From IMG/VR virus record IMGVR_UViG_3300025276_000027, positions 13,789-77,788 of that record: DNA of 64,000 nt. One strand, written 5' to 3'. This document shows positions 31,853 to 43,000 of this stretch, piece by piece. A program made the position numbers and the translations under genes. Position 1 is the stretch's first letter. The number at the start of each line of letters is the position of its first letter. The stretch is from a virus. The notes beneath the pieces are model-generated. The model did not search any database and was not told where the DNA came from. It worked only from the letters and a program-made list of their open reading frames with translations.

Positions 31853-32419
31853 TTATTTTTCAAATTCATTATAATATTTTAAAGCTTTGTTGGTCTCTTC
31901 AAAGTTTTCATCATATAAATGAGCAACTCTATATTTATTTTTCATTACTACATACTTTGTCCAATTGGTAGGATATTGTTTAGCTACTGATCTTTTAAAA
32001 TCTCTACATGCTACAAAACGCCACAATTCTCTATTTTTAAATCTATATTTTGTAGAGTAGTTTGTATAAAATATCTTTCCTAAATTACCATCTGTTTCCC
32101 AATTTTTATTTTGTAACACTTTACCATATTCTTTTGATAATGCATAATCTGTATTAACTGTCCTTGAAGGTTTACATGTTCCTATAAATAAAAATCCAAG
32201 TGAGTCAGGTAATTCTACACCATTTCTATTTTGTATAACTGTATTCCAAATTTTTGTATTATATAATTTTATTATCTTTTTTAACTTTGCATTATCAATA
32301 TCAGAATACATAGGTTTTTTATCCTTAAATTCTTTTATTGTTTTCTCATTTAATAACCCTAATCTTTTTTGCCTATACCTAGGAGCATTAAGATTAGGCT
32401 TTTTAAAATTATTAATCAT
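31853..32419 (-). CDS. HU/IHF-like DNA-binding protein (crAss IHF-like family)
   Basis: Two helices followed by GVELPDSLGFLFI beta-arm and WRFVACRDFKRSV. Basic. Conserved position before the tail ring genes. Confidence 0.6.
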   Translation of the reverse strand: MINNFKKPNLNAPRYRQKRLGLLNEKTIKEFKDKKPMYSDIDNAKLKKIIKLYNTKIWNTVIQNRNGVELPDSLGFLFIGTCKPSRTVNTDYALSKEYGKVLQNKNWETDGNLGKIFYTNYSTKYRFKNRELWRFVACRDFKRSVAKQYPTNWTKYVVMKNKYRVAHLYDENFEETNKALKYYNEFEK

Positions 32420-32432
32420 ATGTCTACATTTA

Positions 32433-32443
32433 TAATTTACAAA
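32433..32443 (-). promoter_or_regulatory. TTTGTAAATTA putative late promoter (1 mismatch)
   Basis: Upstream of the HU/ring/muzzle block. Confidence 0.5.
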
Positions 32444-32477
32444 AAAAACCCCATTAAATGAAATTTAACAGGTGTCT

Positions 32478-33698
32478 TTATAATACTTGATGTGCAAATT
32501 CAGCTATATTACCCAAAGTAGGATGCTGAAGTTCTAATTTTCCTGTTCTTCTATTACCTACAAATTTGTTAGAATAGTGATAATAATCAGTTTTACCTAA
32601 ACTAGGTAATGTTTTTTCTATAAAACCTGCTGTCTCATTAGATGTCATATATTCTACTTTTCTATCTGTATGTATATGACCTTTAAATAATGTTCTGTTT
32701 ACTGTGTTACCCCATTGTTTTGGATATTCACTAGCATAAATTAATGGATTATTTTTACTTTTTTTATCTCCATGTTCAAATGCATTAAAATTATTATGCC
32801 ATACGTGTACCTTACGTTCTTCATATTTTATATCCCAACTTATTTCTTTACTCTCTATTGATTGAGATAATGCATGTACTAAATGAAATGAAGATAACCT
32901 GTCATGATTACCAGGAACATATACTATTACTAATTCAACGCAAAACCTCTTTATATACCCAATAGCCCAGTGCATTGCATTAAATGCCTGTACGTAAGCC
33001 TCAGTAGCCGTCATGCAGTTGTCTAATGGTGTTCCTGATGTTGTTGTACCATCAAAGGTATCCATGTTGATTAAATCACCTCCTATTACAAAAAACATTT
33101 TTTGAATGCTATGTGATGGAGTTGCACGCTCAAGTAAGTTTATAATTGTTTCTTCAAAATCATTATCTATTGTTTGATTACCTTGCTTTCCAAAATGTAT
33201 ATCTTGTAAAGACATGACTCCGCAAACCTTTTCTCCTTTATTAGATAATTTAGTTTTTGGTAACTTATATGTTTTAGGTTTCCAGTTACTCAATAAATCT
33301 TCAAAATGTTTTTCATCAAAGTTTTTAATCTGTGAAATTAATGCAGATACTCTCCAATGATCACCCATTTGTTTATTCCAATATTGTGATAGTTTCCATT
33401 TTTTAGTATCTATCTTTAATAATGAAATAATTTCTTCAGGGCTTTTAGGTTCATGGTCAAACGTACCAGATATCTTTCCTTGACCTTTTTCTAAATCAAT
33501 TGACTCAACTAATTGAGAATTATCTGCTGCTTTTTTAAAAAACCCACTTATTTTTTTTTCTTTCTTTCTTTCTTTTAATATTTGTTTTTTTAATTTGATA
33601 TACTCTTCTTCAGAAATACCCACTCTTGATGCAGATATGCTTGGATGTTTTTTCCATTTAAGAGATTCAATAATTCTTTGTTTTAAGGTATTTGACAT
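32478..33698 (-). CDS. Calcineurin-like metallophosphoesterase with N-terminal HTH-like extension
   Basis: Full metal-binding set: DIHFG, GGDLINMD, PGNHD, HGD, GHIH. Confidence 0.85.
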   Translation of the reverse strand: MSNTLKQRIIESLKWKKHPSISASRVGISEEEYIKLKKQILKERKKEKKISGFFKKAADNSQLVESIDLEKGQGKISGTFDHEPKSPEEIISLLKIDTKKWKLSQYWNKQMGDHWRVSALISQIKNFDEKHFEDLLSNWKPKTYKLPKTKLSNKGEKVCGVMSLQDIHFGKQGNQTIDNDFEETIINLLERATPSHSIQKMFFVIGGDLINMDTFDGTTTSGTPLDNCMTATEAYVQAFNAMHWAIGYIKRFCVELVIVYVPGNHDRLSSFHLVHALSQSIESKEISWDIKYEERKVHVWHNNFNAFEHGDKKSKNNPLIYASEYPKQWGNTVNRTLFKGHIHTDRKVEYMTSNETAGFIEKTLPSLGKTDYYHYSNKFVGNRRTGKLELQHPTLGNIAEFAHQVL

Positions 33699-33761
33699 AA
33701 GAAATCTTTTTGTGGTTCTCGTAAAAATAAGTATAAATAATTAAAAACCAGTGTGTTTAAT

Positions 33762-33792
33762 AAAAAAAAGAGACTGAGTTGCCCCAGTCTCT
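33762..33792 (-). terminator. Rho-independent terminator after the FN3 gene
   Basis: Minus-strand AGAGACUG-GG-GCAA-CU-CAGUCUCU stem with GNRA loop, followed by a U-tract. Confidence 0.85.
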
Positions 33793-33841
33793 CCCAACGT
33801 TTGTAGTAGAAAAACCAACAAACCACCACCTGTTGTTTCTT

Positions 33842-34405
33842 TTAACTAGCCGCTAATGTAGAAAATAATATTTCTATTGGTTTACAAGCAGCACTATTAC
33901 CATTATCAACTACCTTAACTTTATACGCAGTTGATGCTGTTAAATTAGTTATCTTATAATTAAATACAGTTGTTACTATTGGAGTACTATTAGCTAATGT
34001 CCATCCTGATGGAGATATCTGTGTATCAAAATAAATATTAATACCAGTACTTGAACTCCATATACTATTCCATAATATTTCAGCAGTTGAACTTGTTATA
34101 GTAGTTGCATATACATTATATGGATCATGTTGTAAATCATTAGAAGTACATGCACCTAATCCATTAGATAGTATCATAGCATACTTTTGTATAATTGAAT
34201 CTAAACGTTCACCAGAAGTTATAACTATTTGACTACCAGCTGCACCAATTTGAAAAGATGTTCCTGTATAACTCACACATGCTGCGCTTTGTATATCATC
34301 ACATCTCTCACTACCTACACTACAATCAGTGTATGTACATGGATTGGTTAATGCTGTATCAGCACAACTACATTTTTCACTACATTTTGTACAATTACAT
34401 GCCAT
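33842..34405 (-). CDS. Cys-rich virion protein with C-terminal fibronectin type III-like domain (187 aa)
   Basis: 9 Cys in the first 43 aa, CVSYTG motif, and TSSTAEILW...YKITNLTASTAYKVKV FN3 signature. Confidence 0.65.
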   Translation of the reverse strand: MACNCTKCSEKCSCADTALTNPCTYTDCSVGSERCDDIQSAACVSYTGTSFQIGAAGSQIVITSGERLDSIIQKYAMILSNGLGACTSNDLQHDPYNVYATTITSSTAEILWNSIWSSSTGINIYFDTQISPSGWTLANSTPIVTTVFNYKITNLTASTAYKVKVVDNGNSAACKPIEILFSTLAAS

Positions 34406-34424
34406 TCTTTTAATTTTTAATTTA

Positions 34425-36635
34425 TTAACAAGCAGATGTTATTTCCGCCTGTATATTAGCTGCATCAAAGGTATTATTATAATTTCCACCAGTTGTTGTT
34501 GCTAAATATCTCCATGGATAAACTAATGATCCACCTGGAGGAGTATAACCTGCATCAACACCTGGGCCTAATATAAATATCTTAACTCCTTGAGTTAAAG
34601 CTTGAGTTGCTAATGTTTGAATAAATGTCCAATCATTTGCATCAAACTTTCCATCATCACCACCTGGTAATACATCTGTTCCTACAATTATAAATCTAGC
34701 AACACCCACTCTCCATATTCCAGTAAAATTGTTATTCAATACTCTATTAATAGCTTGATCTGTACATTCTGGTCCGGTAGATCCACCATACCCAATTTGT
34801 ACACATGTTCCTACTCCACCTGGGCTATTTAATAAATTTAATTGTGTTGTTGCAGTTGTTGCATTGTTAGTTTGAAACATTTCCCATGCAGAAATAAATA
34901 ATTGATGACCACTATTTCCTGGATAATTTAATCTTTGTGCTGCTGGTAAACTTGTATATTCTGTACAAGCATTATAATTAGGTGTAACACCAAAATTATC
35001 TTCATCAGCTGTTGTAATAGATATTCTATATTCATTTCCAGCTGAAACTTGATTTTGTATAGTAGTAATTAAACTTGCAAAACCAGTTTTAAGAGCATTA
35101 ATTGAAGTACCCATACTACCTGAATAATCCATAATAAATGCTACGTCCATTCCATCATCACAGGCAGCTGCTGCAGATGTTGTTTTAAAGTTTGTTTTAG
35201 CAGTACACACTTCTACTACACCTCCAAATGTATTTGTTATTCTTACATCATATGATGTTCCAGGTGTTAAGCCTGTAAATGTATGACTTGGTGTAGGAGT
35301 TGGATTAGTTAAAGTAGTTGTTGCTACAACAACTGCACCATCTAAAATATCTACTATATAAGTTGCTGTTGTTCCTAATGTATTTGTTAATGTTACTGTT
35401 GCTTGAGTACTTGTTATTGCACTTACAACAACTGCTGGACATGGTACTATACCACCTACAACACTACTTTGATCATTTTGACAAGTATTTACACCATCAG
35501 TAAAACTATATGAGACAGCTATATTTATATTCCCAGAAGTATTTAATGATCCTGTACTAAATAAATATCCGCCTGCATTATTTTGTAGAGATGATATACT
35601 AACTGTTGTTGTTAAACTACTTCCAAGTGAATCTGTTATTGTTATATTACTAAAACCAGATGAGTCACTATATGTAGCAGGTATACTTGAACCTGTAAAA
35701 TTAAACAAAATACCATTTATTGTTCCGTTAGCTGCTAATGATTTAGATGTTGTATAATTATATACTATAGCATCACATGCACCAGGGCAACAATTTGTTT
35801 GTATAGCCGCAACTGCAGTATATAAATCATCAATTACCACCCATGCATTTTGAACTGATTGAGCTAAATTAGATGGGGAATTATTATATCCTGCAATTGA
35901 TCCATAAGATACTGCAGAATTTGTTAAAGTTAAATATGAACCTGTAATTACTGTTTGAGCAATTGCAGATGAAATAGCTGATGGTGTTCCCACAGCTGTT
36001 TGCAATGCACAAAATGCACTTTCAAGTGCTGTAACTACTACTGATACATTTGTTAGTTGACCTATCGTACTTGTTACACAAGTTGGTACAATTTGAACTT
36101 CTGTTATAGCTCCACTACAAGGTAATACACATGCTTCTAATACATCTATTCTAGTATCTAAACTAGTTAATGTTGTATTGATTGTTGTTATACTTGCTAA
36201 ATTTGTACATACCTGATTTGCTATAAGTAAAGCAAAAGCATCTAAACGTAACTCAGTTACTGGATTACCACTTGCATCATTATATTTCAAACATGCAGGT
36301 AATGTCATCATTGGTAGTGGAGTACTAGGACCAAGTGATGAAATGCTATTAGCACAAATTTGAGTAACCATAGCCTGTAATACAGGAACTAAAGTTGTAG
36401 GAGTTGTACCTTGAATGTTTAAACATGATAAATCTAACCCTGTAAGACTTGGGTTAGCTGATACTCCGTCTGTTATTATTTTACAAACTTTATCACCAAT
36501 CTTTTTAGTAACTTCACTGATTGTATCACCAGTACAAAGCTCTATACATGCAATGTCCGGCCCTTGCCATATTACACAATTAGATGATATGTTATTACAT
36601 CCATTTGTAGTTATACTTGAATTCGTTGGGATCAT
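34425..36635 (-). CDS. Cys-rich fibre/appendage protein with FN3 and C-terminal vWA domains (736 aa)
   Basis: CVIWQG N-terminal motif, repeated helix-Cys segments, FTGLTPGTSYDVRI (FN3), and MDVAFIMDYSGSM...FIIVGTD (vWA MIDAS). Confidence 0.72.
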   Translation of the reverse strand: MIPTNSSITTNGCNNISSNCVIWQGPDIACIELCTGDTISEVTKKIGDKVCKIITDGVSANPSLTGLDLSCLNIQGTTPTTLVPVLQAMVTQICANSISSLGPSTPLPMMTLPACLKYNDASGNPVTELRLDAFALLIANQVCTNLASITTINTTLTSLDTRIDVLEACVLPCSGAITEVQIVPTCVTSTIGQLTNVSVVVTALESAFCALQTAVGTPSAISSAIAQTVITGSYLTLTNSAVSYGSIAGYNNSPSNLAQSVQNAWVVIDDLYTAVAAIQTNCCPGACDAIVYNYTTSKSLAANGTINGILFNFTGSSIPATYSDSSGFSNITITDSLGSSLTTTVSISSLQNNAGGYLFSTGSLNTSGNINIAVSYSFTDGVNTCQNDQSSVVGGIVPCPAVVVSAITSTQATVTLTNTLGTTATYIVDILDGAVVVATTTLTNPTPTPSHTFTGLTPGTSYDVRITNTFGGVVEVCTAKTNFKTTSAAAACDDGMDVAFIMDYSGSMGTSINALKTGFASLITTIQNQVSAGNEYRISITTADEDNFGVTPNYNACTEYTSLPAAQRLNYPGNSGHQLFISAWEMFQTNNATTATTQLNLLNSPGGVGTCVQIGYGGSTGPECTDQAINRVLNNNFTGIWRVGVARFIIVGTDVLPGGDDGKFDANDWTFIQTLATQALTQGVKIFILGPGVDAGYTPPGGSLVYPWRYLATTTGGNYNNTFDAANIQAEITSAC

Positions 36636-36686
36636 AAATATTTTATTTAATTATAATGCACTGATTGGTTAAAGACTGTACAATTA

Positions 36687-36697
36687 TAATATACAAA
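36687..36697 (-). promoter_or_regulatory. TTTGTATATTA putative late promoter
   Basis: Exact copy upstream of the 736-aa vWA gene. Confidence 0.6.
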
Positions 36698-36766
36698 AAT
36701 TTTTAAAACCAAACAAGAAAGTGAAGTCTTAAAAATTTTTGAAAATATTTATATAAGTAAGAAAGT

Positions 36767-37015
36767 TTATCCTTCTTGCACTTCTAATTCTTTTATTTCT
36801 CCTGATGCTAAATCAACATTAACTCTACCATAAACTTCCTCCAATGCTTTTGCATTTTCATTCCATCTTTCTTGGATTTCTAAATGTTTAGATAAGAGTT
36901 GAGACTTAACTACTTCCGCATTACCCAATTGACCAAGTATGTTGTTTACTTCTTGTTGTAATTCTGTAAGAGTTTCTAATTCTTTTTTAGAAATCTTTTT
37001 TGTTTTTTTTGCCAT
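36767..37015 (-). CDS. Small coiled-coil protein (82 aa), possible fibre assembly chaperone
   Basis: Heptad-like helix and YGRVNVDLASGEI end. Lies directly downstream of the long fibre gene. Confidence 0.5.
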   Translation of the reverse strand: MAKKTKKISKKELETLTELQQEVNNILGQLGNAEVVKSQLLSKHLEIQERWNENAKALEEVYGRVNVDLASGEIKELEVQEG

Positions 37016-37049
37016 GGTTTTAATTTTAAAATTATATATATATATTATA

Positions 37050-37057
37050 CAAATATA
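37050..37057 (-). promoter_or_regulatory. Bacteroidota sigma-A-type -7 box TATATTTG
   Basis: Matches TAnnTTTG, upstream of the 82-aa gene. No clear -33 TTTG. Confidence 0.4.
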
Positions 37058-37095
37058 ATAAAATAATATTAATTGTTATTGTTATTTTTATTTAT

Positions 37096-40000
37096 TTAAA
37101 AAGTTGCAGTATCCCAAACTCTGTATCTAAGTTTTATTCTTATTGATGTAACGGCTGTGGATATATTCAAGCTGGAAGAAACTCTTCTGAGTGTAGTTTC
37201 CTTATCAGGTCTGTAAGTTCTATTTAAAGTAGATCGGCCAGTGTCATTTTCATACATTCCAGAACTATAAGCACTAGCAGCACCATTTGCATAAGTTATA
37301 CTGTTTAATGTTTCTCCAGTTATATAAGCTACAAGATCCGCATCATTAGCGTCATTTGAATCCTGATCAATTTCATACCGTTGATTTATTGATGTTTGAT
37401 TTGTGTTGTAACTATAGTTTACTAAAAAAGTAGCTTTTTCTACTATAACATATTTATTTGTTCCTGGTGATTTTAAAAGTGTAATTCCACTACCATTTGC
37501 TGTAGGTAGGGCATTCATTTCAGCTCTAGTAAATTCAAATGTTGCCTCTTGAGCTGTTCTTACTACATTACCATTTGCCATCGTACCTAAATCAGATGTA
37601 GTATCTGACATATTACCACCTGATGGACTAAAGTTTTGAATTGGTCCTACTCCTGAATTGGGAGTACTTGAAGTATTTGTTGCTATATAACCGTTTAAAA
37701 GTAAATTACTAGAACAACCTAAAGTACCTAATGAATTAATTATATTACCTCTAAGAGTTCCCTCTACATTTACGTTTTGTACATATGATGCAGGAGCTCC
37801 AAAGTATATGGTGTTCCCTGAAGCTCCTCCTTGAATAAAAGCATATCCAGATGATTTATAAATAGTTAAATAGTTGGTTCCAGCATCTTGTATAGTTAAT
37901 GAACCTGTATTTCCCTCTCCTATTGTCATAGAACCACCCAGGTTTAAATTACCTGCAAATTTACTATTAGAATTAGTATCTATAGAATAAGTCGTACTAT
38001 TATTCATAAACAGACTACCACCTTTTGTTTTTCTTAAATCCCAAGAAGCCCAATTAGCATTTAAAAAACCATAGTCAGTACCAGCTCCATATATTTGCCA
38101 AACGTGATTACCATTTCCTGCAAATGCAGAAAACCCAGCATCTGAACTTGAGCCACCAGCTTGATAATAAAGATTTTGAACAGTATTTCCTTTTGCTAAA
38201 TAACCTTGAGTATTGCCTCCAATTTGTACATACCCGGCTGTTGTAAGATTCCCACCTGTAGTCATATTTCCTGAAAGGTCTATATCTCCAGCTGTACTAA
38301 TAGTTAATCTTTTTATACCGGTACTTGCTGTTCCAGAAGAAGCTGGTCCAGTATATATCTCAAATGCTCCAGCAATAAACCTAATATATGTTTGTCCTTG
38401 TGCTGCAACTTTTCTTCCGTAATAAGGAGAACCCGCTATATTTGCACCAATACCAGAGCCATTATATGTTACACCAGGCTCAGAACACCACATGTCTATA
38501 AAAGCTTTACGGTCATCAAGAGCATCATTATAAAATAAATTAAATCGTGATGTACTATGACCACCTTCTAATGTAAGAAGTGTTGAAGGACTGGCAGTTC
38601 CAATACCTAATCTATTATTACTATCATCCCAGTATAGAGCAGCATCTGCACTTAAAGAAGTAGTTCCACTCCAAAAAGCAACTCTTGTAGCAACACCAGA
38701 ACCTGTCAATGTACCTGTATTTGTAGTATAACCTTGATTTTTTACAAATGCTGTAGTAGCTAAATAAGTAGAGCTATCTGCTGTTGATCTTGTTACAGAT
38801 ATTGGCGTTGTTGTAAATGTTTTTGCTCCTGCTATAGATTGCGTACCTGAAGTTCTAACAACTGTACTGTCTACTAATAATCCTGTAGATGATTGTGATA
38901 ATCCATCACCTGCTCCTACAGTTAAAGTACCAGTTGAAGTTATTGTACCACCTGATATTCCGTTACCAGTTGCAACTGATGTTACACCTGAACTACTTGA
39001 AGTACCAGCTCCAATTAGACTTCTTACTTCTGCGGCTGAAATACCTGTATTTAACGAAGGTAATGAACCGTCACTTAATATTGCAGCTGTTGATGTACCA
39101 TCACCACCTCCACCTCCAGAACTTACATTTGGTATTTTTATTAAAACCCAGGCTGCAGAGCTAAAATCAACTCCACCTTGCATGTTATTAGTTTCACTTG
39201 GATACTCATCAAAGAATCCATATATGTTATCATCATTACCAAACCCAGCAGTTTCAAAACTATCTTGCCCACTAAAAGTTCTTGTAGCAGTAACAGTTAT
39301 TTTTGCATCATCTGCAGTATCCCAAGCAAAGGCACTTGCAGTTGCTGTTGTATAAGCTGCAGATGGATTTGTAACATTAGCATCTGACATACCCACAGAC
39401 GTTTGAAGAGGATTTATCCATCTTCCAAAACCATCATAACTACCATTTATATTCCAACCAAATTTATTATTACCACTATGGTTAGGGCCAACAGATGTCA
39501 TACCATTTGTTGCTCCACCACTAAAAAAGAATTTCCATTTTCTACCTTGTGGAACACCATAAATAAAATCAATTGTTCTAGTATCTCTCCATCTAGAAAA
39601 ATCAGTAGCACCCATTATTCTAACTTCTGTAGGAAAACTATCACCAAAATCAGCTGAAAATGAAGTTGTTTCATTTTGTGCTGTACCCAAAGATAATCCA
39701 CTTACAGAACCCCATGTACCATTTAGTGCTATAGTATTCATTGCACTAGCAGCAAATCTACCTACTAAAATCCATTCACCATAATCATCTGTAATTACTC
39801 TACATTTTTGTAAACCTCCATTAGGTGTATCTATTAATCTAACTGAAGATGTATATACACCAAAACTTTTTACAGTAGCTACAGCTTCAAGATTGCTTTC
39901 AGGAGTTGTTATATTGTTTGTAAAAGTTGCAGGGCCATCAGCTGCTATAGTTAATCTTGTACCAAATCCAGCTGAACCATTTTGTGTTTGAAAAACTAAA

Positions 40001-43000
40001 GAACCTTTATCATCTGCCCCATCCCTAAAGCCTGCTACTGTTGCTACACTATCACCATTATTACTAAATATTATTTCTCCAAATGCACCATTTGTACCAT
40101 TTGTTCTTTTACCATACATAATCATAGTAGCTACTGAAGATGTAGTGCCTACACTTGATACAGTTAAATTAGCATCTATTGTAGTATTTCCATTTAAATA
40201 ACTTGTACCATTGTTGTAAAAATCATAACTTGTATTTGCTGCTCCTACATATACTCCTGGAGCTACTATATCTCCTAGAAAAGCTGCACCTTGATTAAAA
40301 CTAAAAGCACTTCCAGCATTTATATTACCATCTGTTATAGTAATAGTATTATTAAAATATCCAAAATTCCATCTTTTGGTTGATCCACCAAGTGTTGAAG
40401 CAGCATCCGCTGCGGGTAAAATATCTCCTTGAAAAGTTACAGTAGCACTGCCATATCCATATCTAAATACTTCACTATTAGTTCCTGCTTCTCTACGGTA
40501 AAAAGAAATTGTATCTGTTGTACTATTTCCAAAAGCAGGACTACCGTCACCATTGTAAACTATACCACCCCCATAAGTTGTAGATTGCCCTACGTAAACT
40601 ACACCAGTTCCTTGTGAATCTCCATAAGCTTCTAAACTTGCTTGATAGCTATCTCCAGCCAAAGATCTAATAGCTCTATTTTGAGTAGCTGATGTTGTTC
40701 CAGCCTCTAAGTCTGCACCTGAAGTAATAAATACACTCGTTGATGATATATTATTAAGGCCTGTCCAAACTGCAACACCTCTTGTTGTCAAACGTTGACC
40801 TTGCACATTACCTACTTGTGTATTGTCAATTTTTTGCCATGTGTCTGTAGCTAAATCTGCCCTTATACACCAATCTCCAACTGCCCAAACATTAGGTGTT
40901 GTACCATTACCATTTGGTGCAGAACTACCAGCAACACTTACTATATAATAATTACCTGGTATATGTGTTGCTACAGCTTGTAAATCTGGAGATCCACCAC
41001 CACTAATACCTGAAGCATCCCATTCACTTACAAATTTTACAGCTCCTGTTGTAGCTGTATCAATAGCTGTTTGTATTTGCGCTCCCGTTGCTAAATTAGC
41101 AGAAGATGAACTTACCGTACCAGTTATAGCTGATACTACACGAGCAGTTGATGAACCACTTACGTTTATTGTACTTCCTCCGTCATCACTAACACTTGTA
41201 ACTCCTGAACTACTAGATGTTCCTGCACCTATTAAAGTTCTAACTTCAAGACCTGTAATTCCACTGTTTAAAGTAGGAGTACTTCCATTAGAAATTATTG
41301 CAGGAGTTTCTCCTGAACCATCATTAGTTGTTAAGTTTCTATATTGAGTAGTATCACCTCCTGAGTACACAGGTCCAGTAGTTACAATACCACCTTGATC
41401 TACTTGATCTAAATCTACTTGTCCTGCTGTTGTAAAACTTGCCCATGCTGCTGCTGATATACCTCCGGGAGGATCAGCGTCTGGAGTAAAATCTTCTCTT
41501 ACCCAACCATTAGATTGGAAGTCATCTCCAAGTATTGCAATATTAAGATTGTTTGTAGCATCATCAATATATACTTGAAGTGCAGCCCCCTGATATGTAG
41601 TATCATCTTTAATTCTTAGGTATCTAAGAACTGATGTACCAAATCTATTGTTGGCTAAAACTGTAATTGTGTTTGAACCATCTGTTCCAAACATATGACC
41701 TGCATAAAAAATAACAGATTGATGTCTTGAACTTGCTGTATCCCATAACCCAAATCTACCAATTGCTCTGTCTCCACCATTTGTTGCTATAGTATACCAT
41801 CCAATTGCTGTATTATCAATTGAATCTTTTTGAACATAGCCTCTTTCCAAAAAGGTTTCTATGTTTACAGTATCTAAACCTGTAACATGACCAAACCCAT
41901 CTAATGTTACATCTTGTATTACTACTCCATTTGATCCATTCACGGAACCTTGACTTGATGTATCTGCGTGAGATAAACTTCCCGTACTTGTTATTGTACC
42001 ACCTGTTAAACCTGCTCCAGATCCTACAGCAGTTACTGTACCTGTACCAACACCTGAAGTAACAGAAGTTATATTACCAGAAGCATCAGAACGTAAAGTA
42101 CCTGCACCATAAGTGTTAAATCTAATAGCACCAGCTGTAGAAACTCCAAATCTTGGTTGTCCGCTTGTTTCAAGTTGAAAAGGAACATAAGAGCCAGTAC
42201 TTCCATAAGTAACTGCAAGATTACCTACAGTATCATTAACTGCCATTAATATTTGATTATCATTAGTGCCAGTATTATCTAAAGCTGCAATTTCTCCTTT
42301 TACTAATAACTCTCTACCAAGTGCAGGACCTGTGCCAATACCAACGCTTTTAGAAAAGTAATTACCTATACCAGTTTCTCCCCATGACCATAGCCCTGTT
42401 GAGCTGGCTTCTATACCTCTCCAGTCTGTAGCTCCACCGCCACTCATGTATATTCTTTCGTTACCCCCTCTTATATATAAACTTGAATTAACATACAAAT
42501 CACCTGTTAGTGGTTTTGTATTTCCAGCTGTTAGTGGTAAGAAAACTCCGTCACCTGGCGTAAGAGCATCAGCATATGCTTTGGTGACAAAGTTAGCAGC
42601 AGCAGTAGGGGTAATACCAGATACTAAACCTGTAAAAGTTGCGTTTTGTGATGTGTCAATTGTTAACGCTTTAATACTATTTGTGTCAAAAACTAAATCA
42701 TGATTTGAATAAGTTCCAACGTGTGCGTTTCCATCTTGTGCATAAAGCAATAATTTAACATTATTAGTCGTATCTTGTATTGTTAATATTGGGGTACCTG
42801 CACTTATTAAACTAACATTTCCTGCAAAAGTTGAGAGTGCTTGCTGATTTATAAATAAAGCGTTGGTAGTTGTTGATCCGTTTGTTATTTGAAAATTATA
42901 TTGACCCGTACTATTAGTACCACCTCTTGATTTAAAAACAGAAGTTGAACCAGATTGCTTTATTACAAGTTGTAAGTCACTTGCAACAGTGTCGTTTATT

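Noticed and set aside
37033-37045. (TA)n run as a phase-variable repeat
   Set aside because: Only about 6 units in a very AT-rich spacer, with no evidence of variability.
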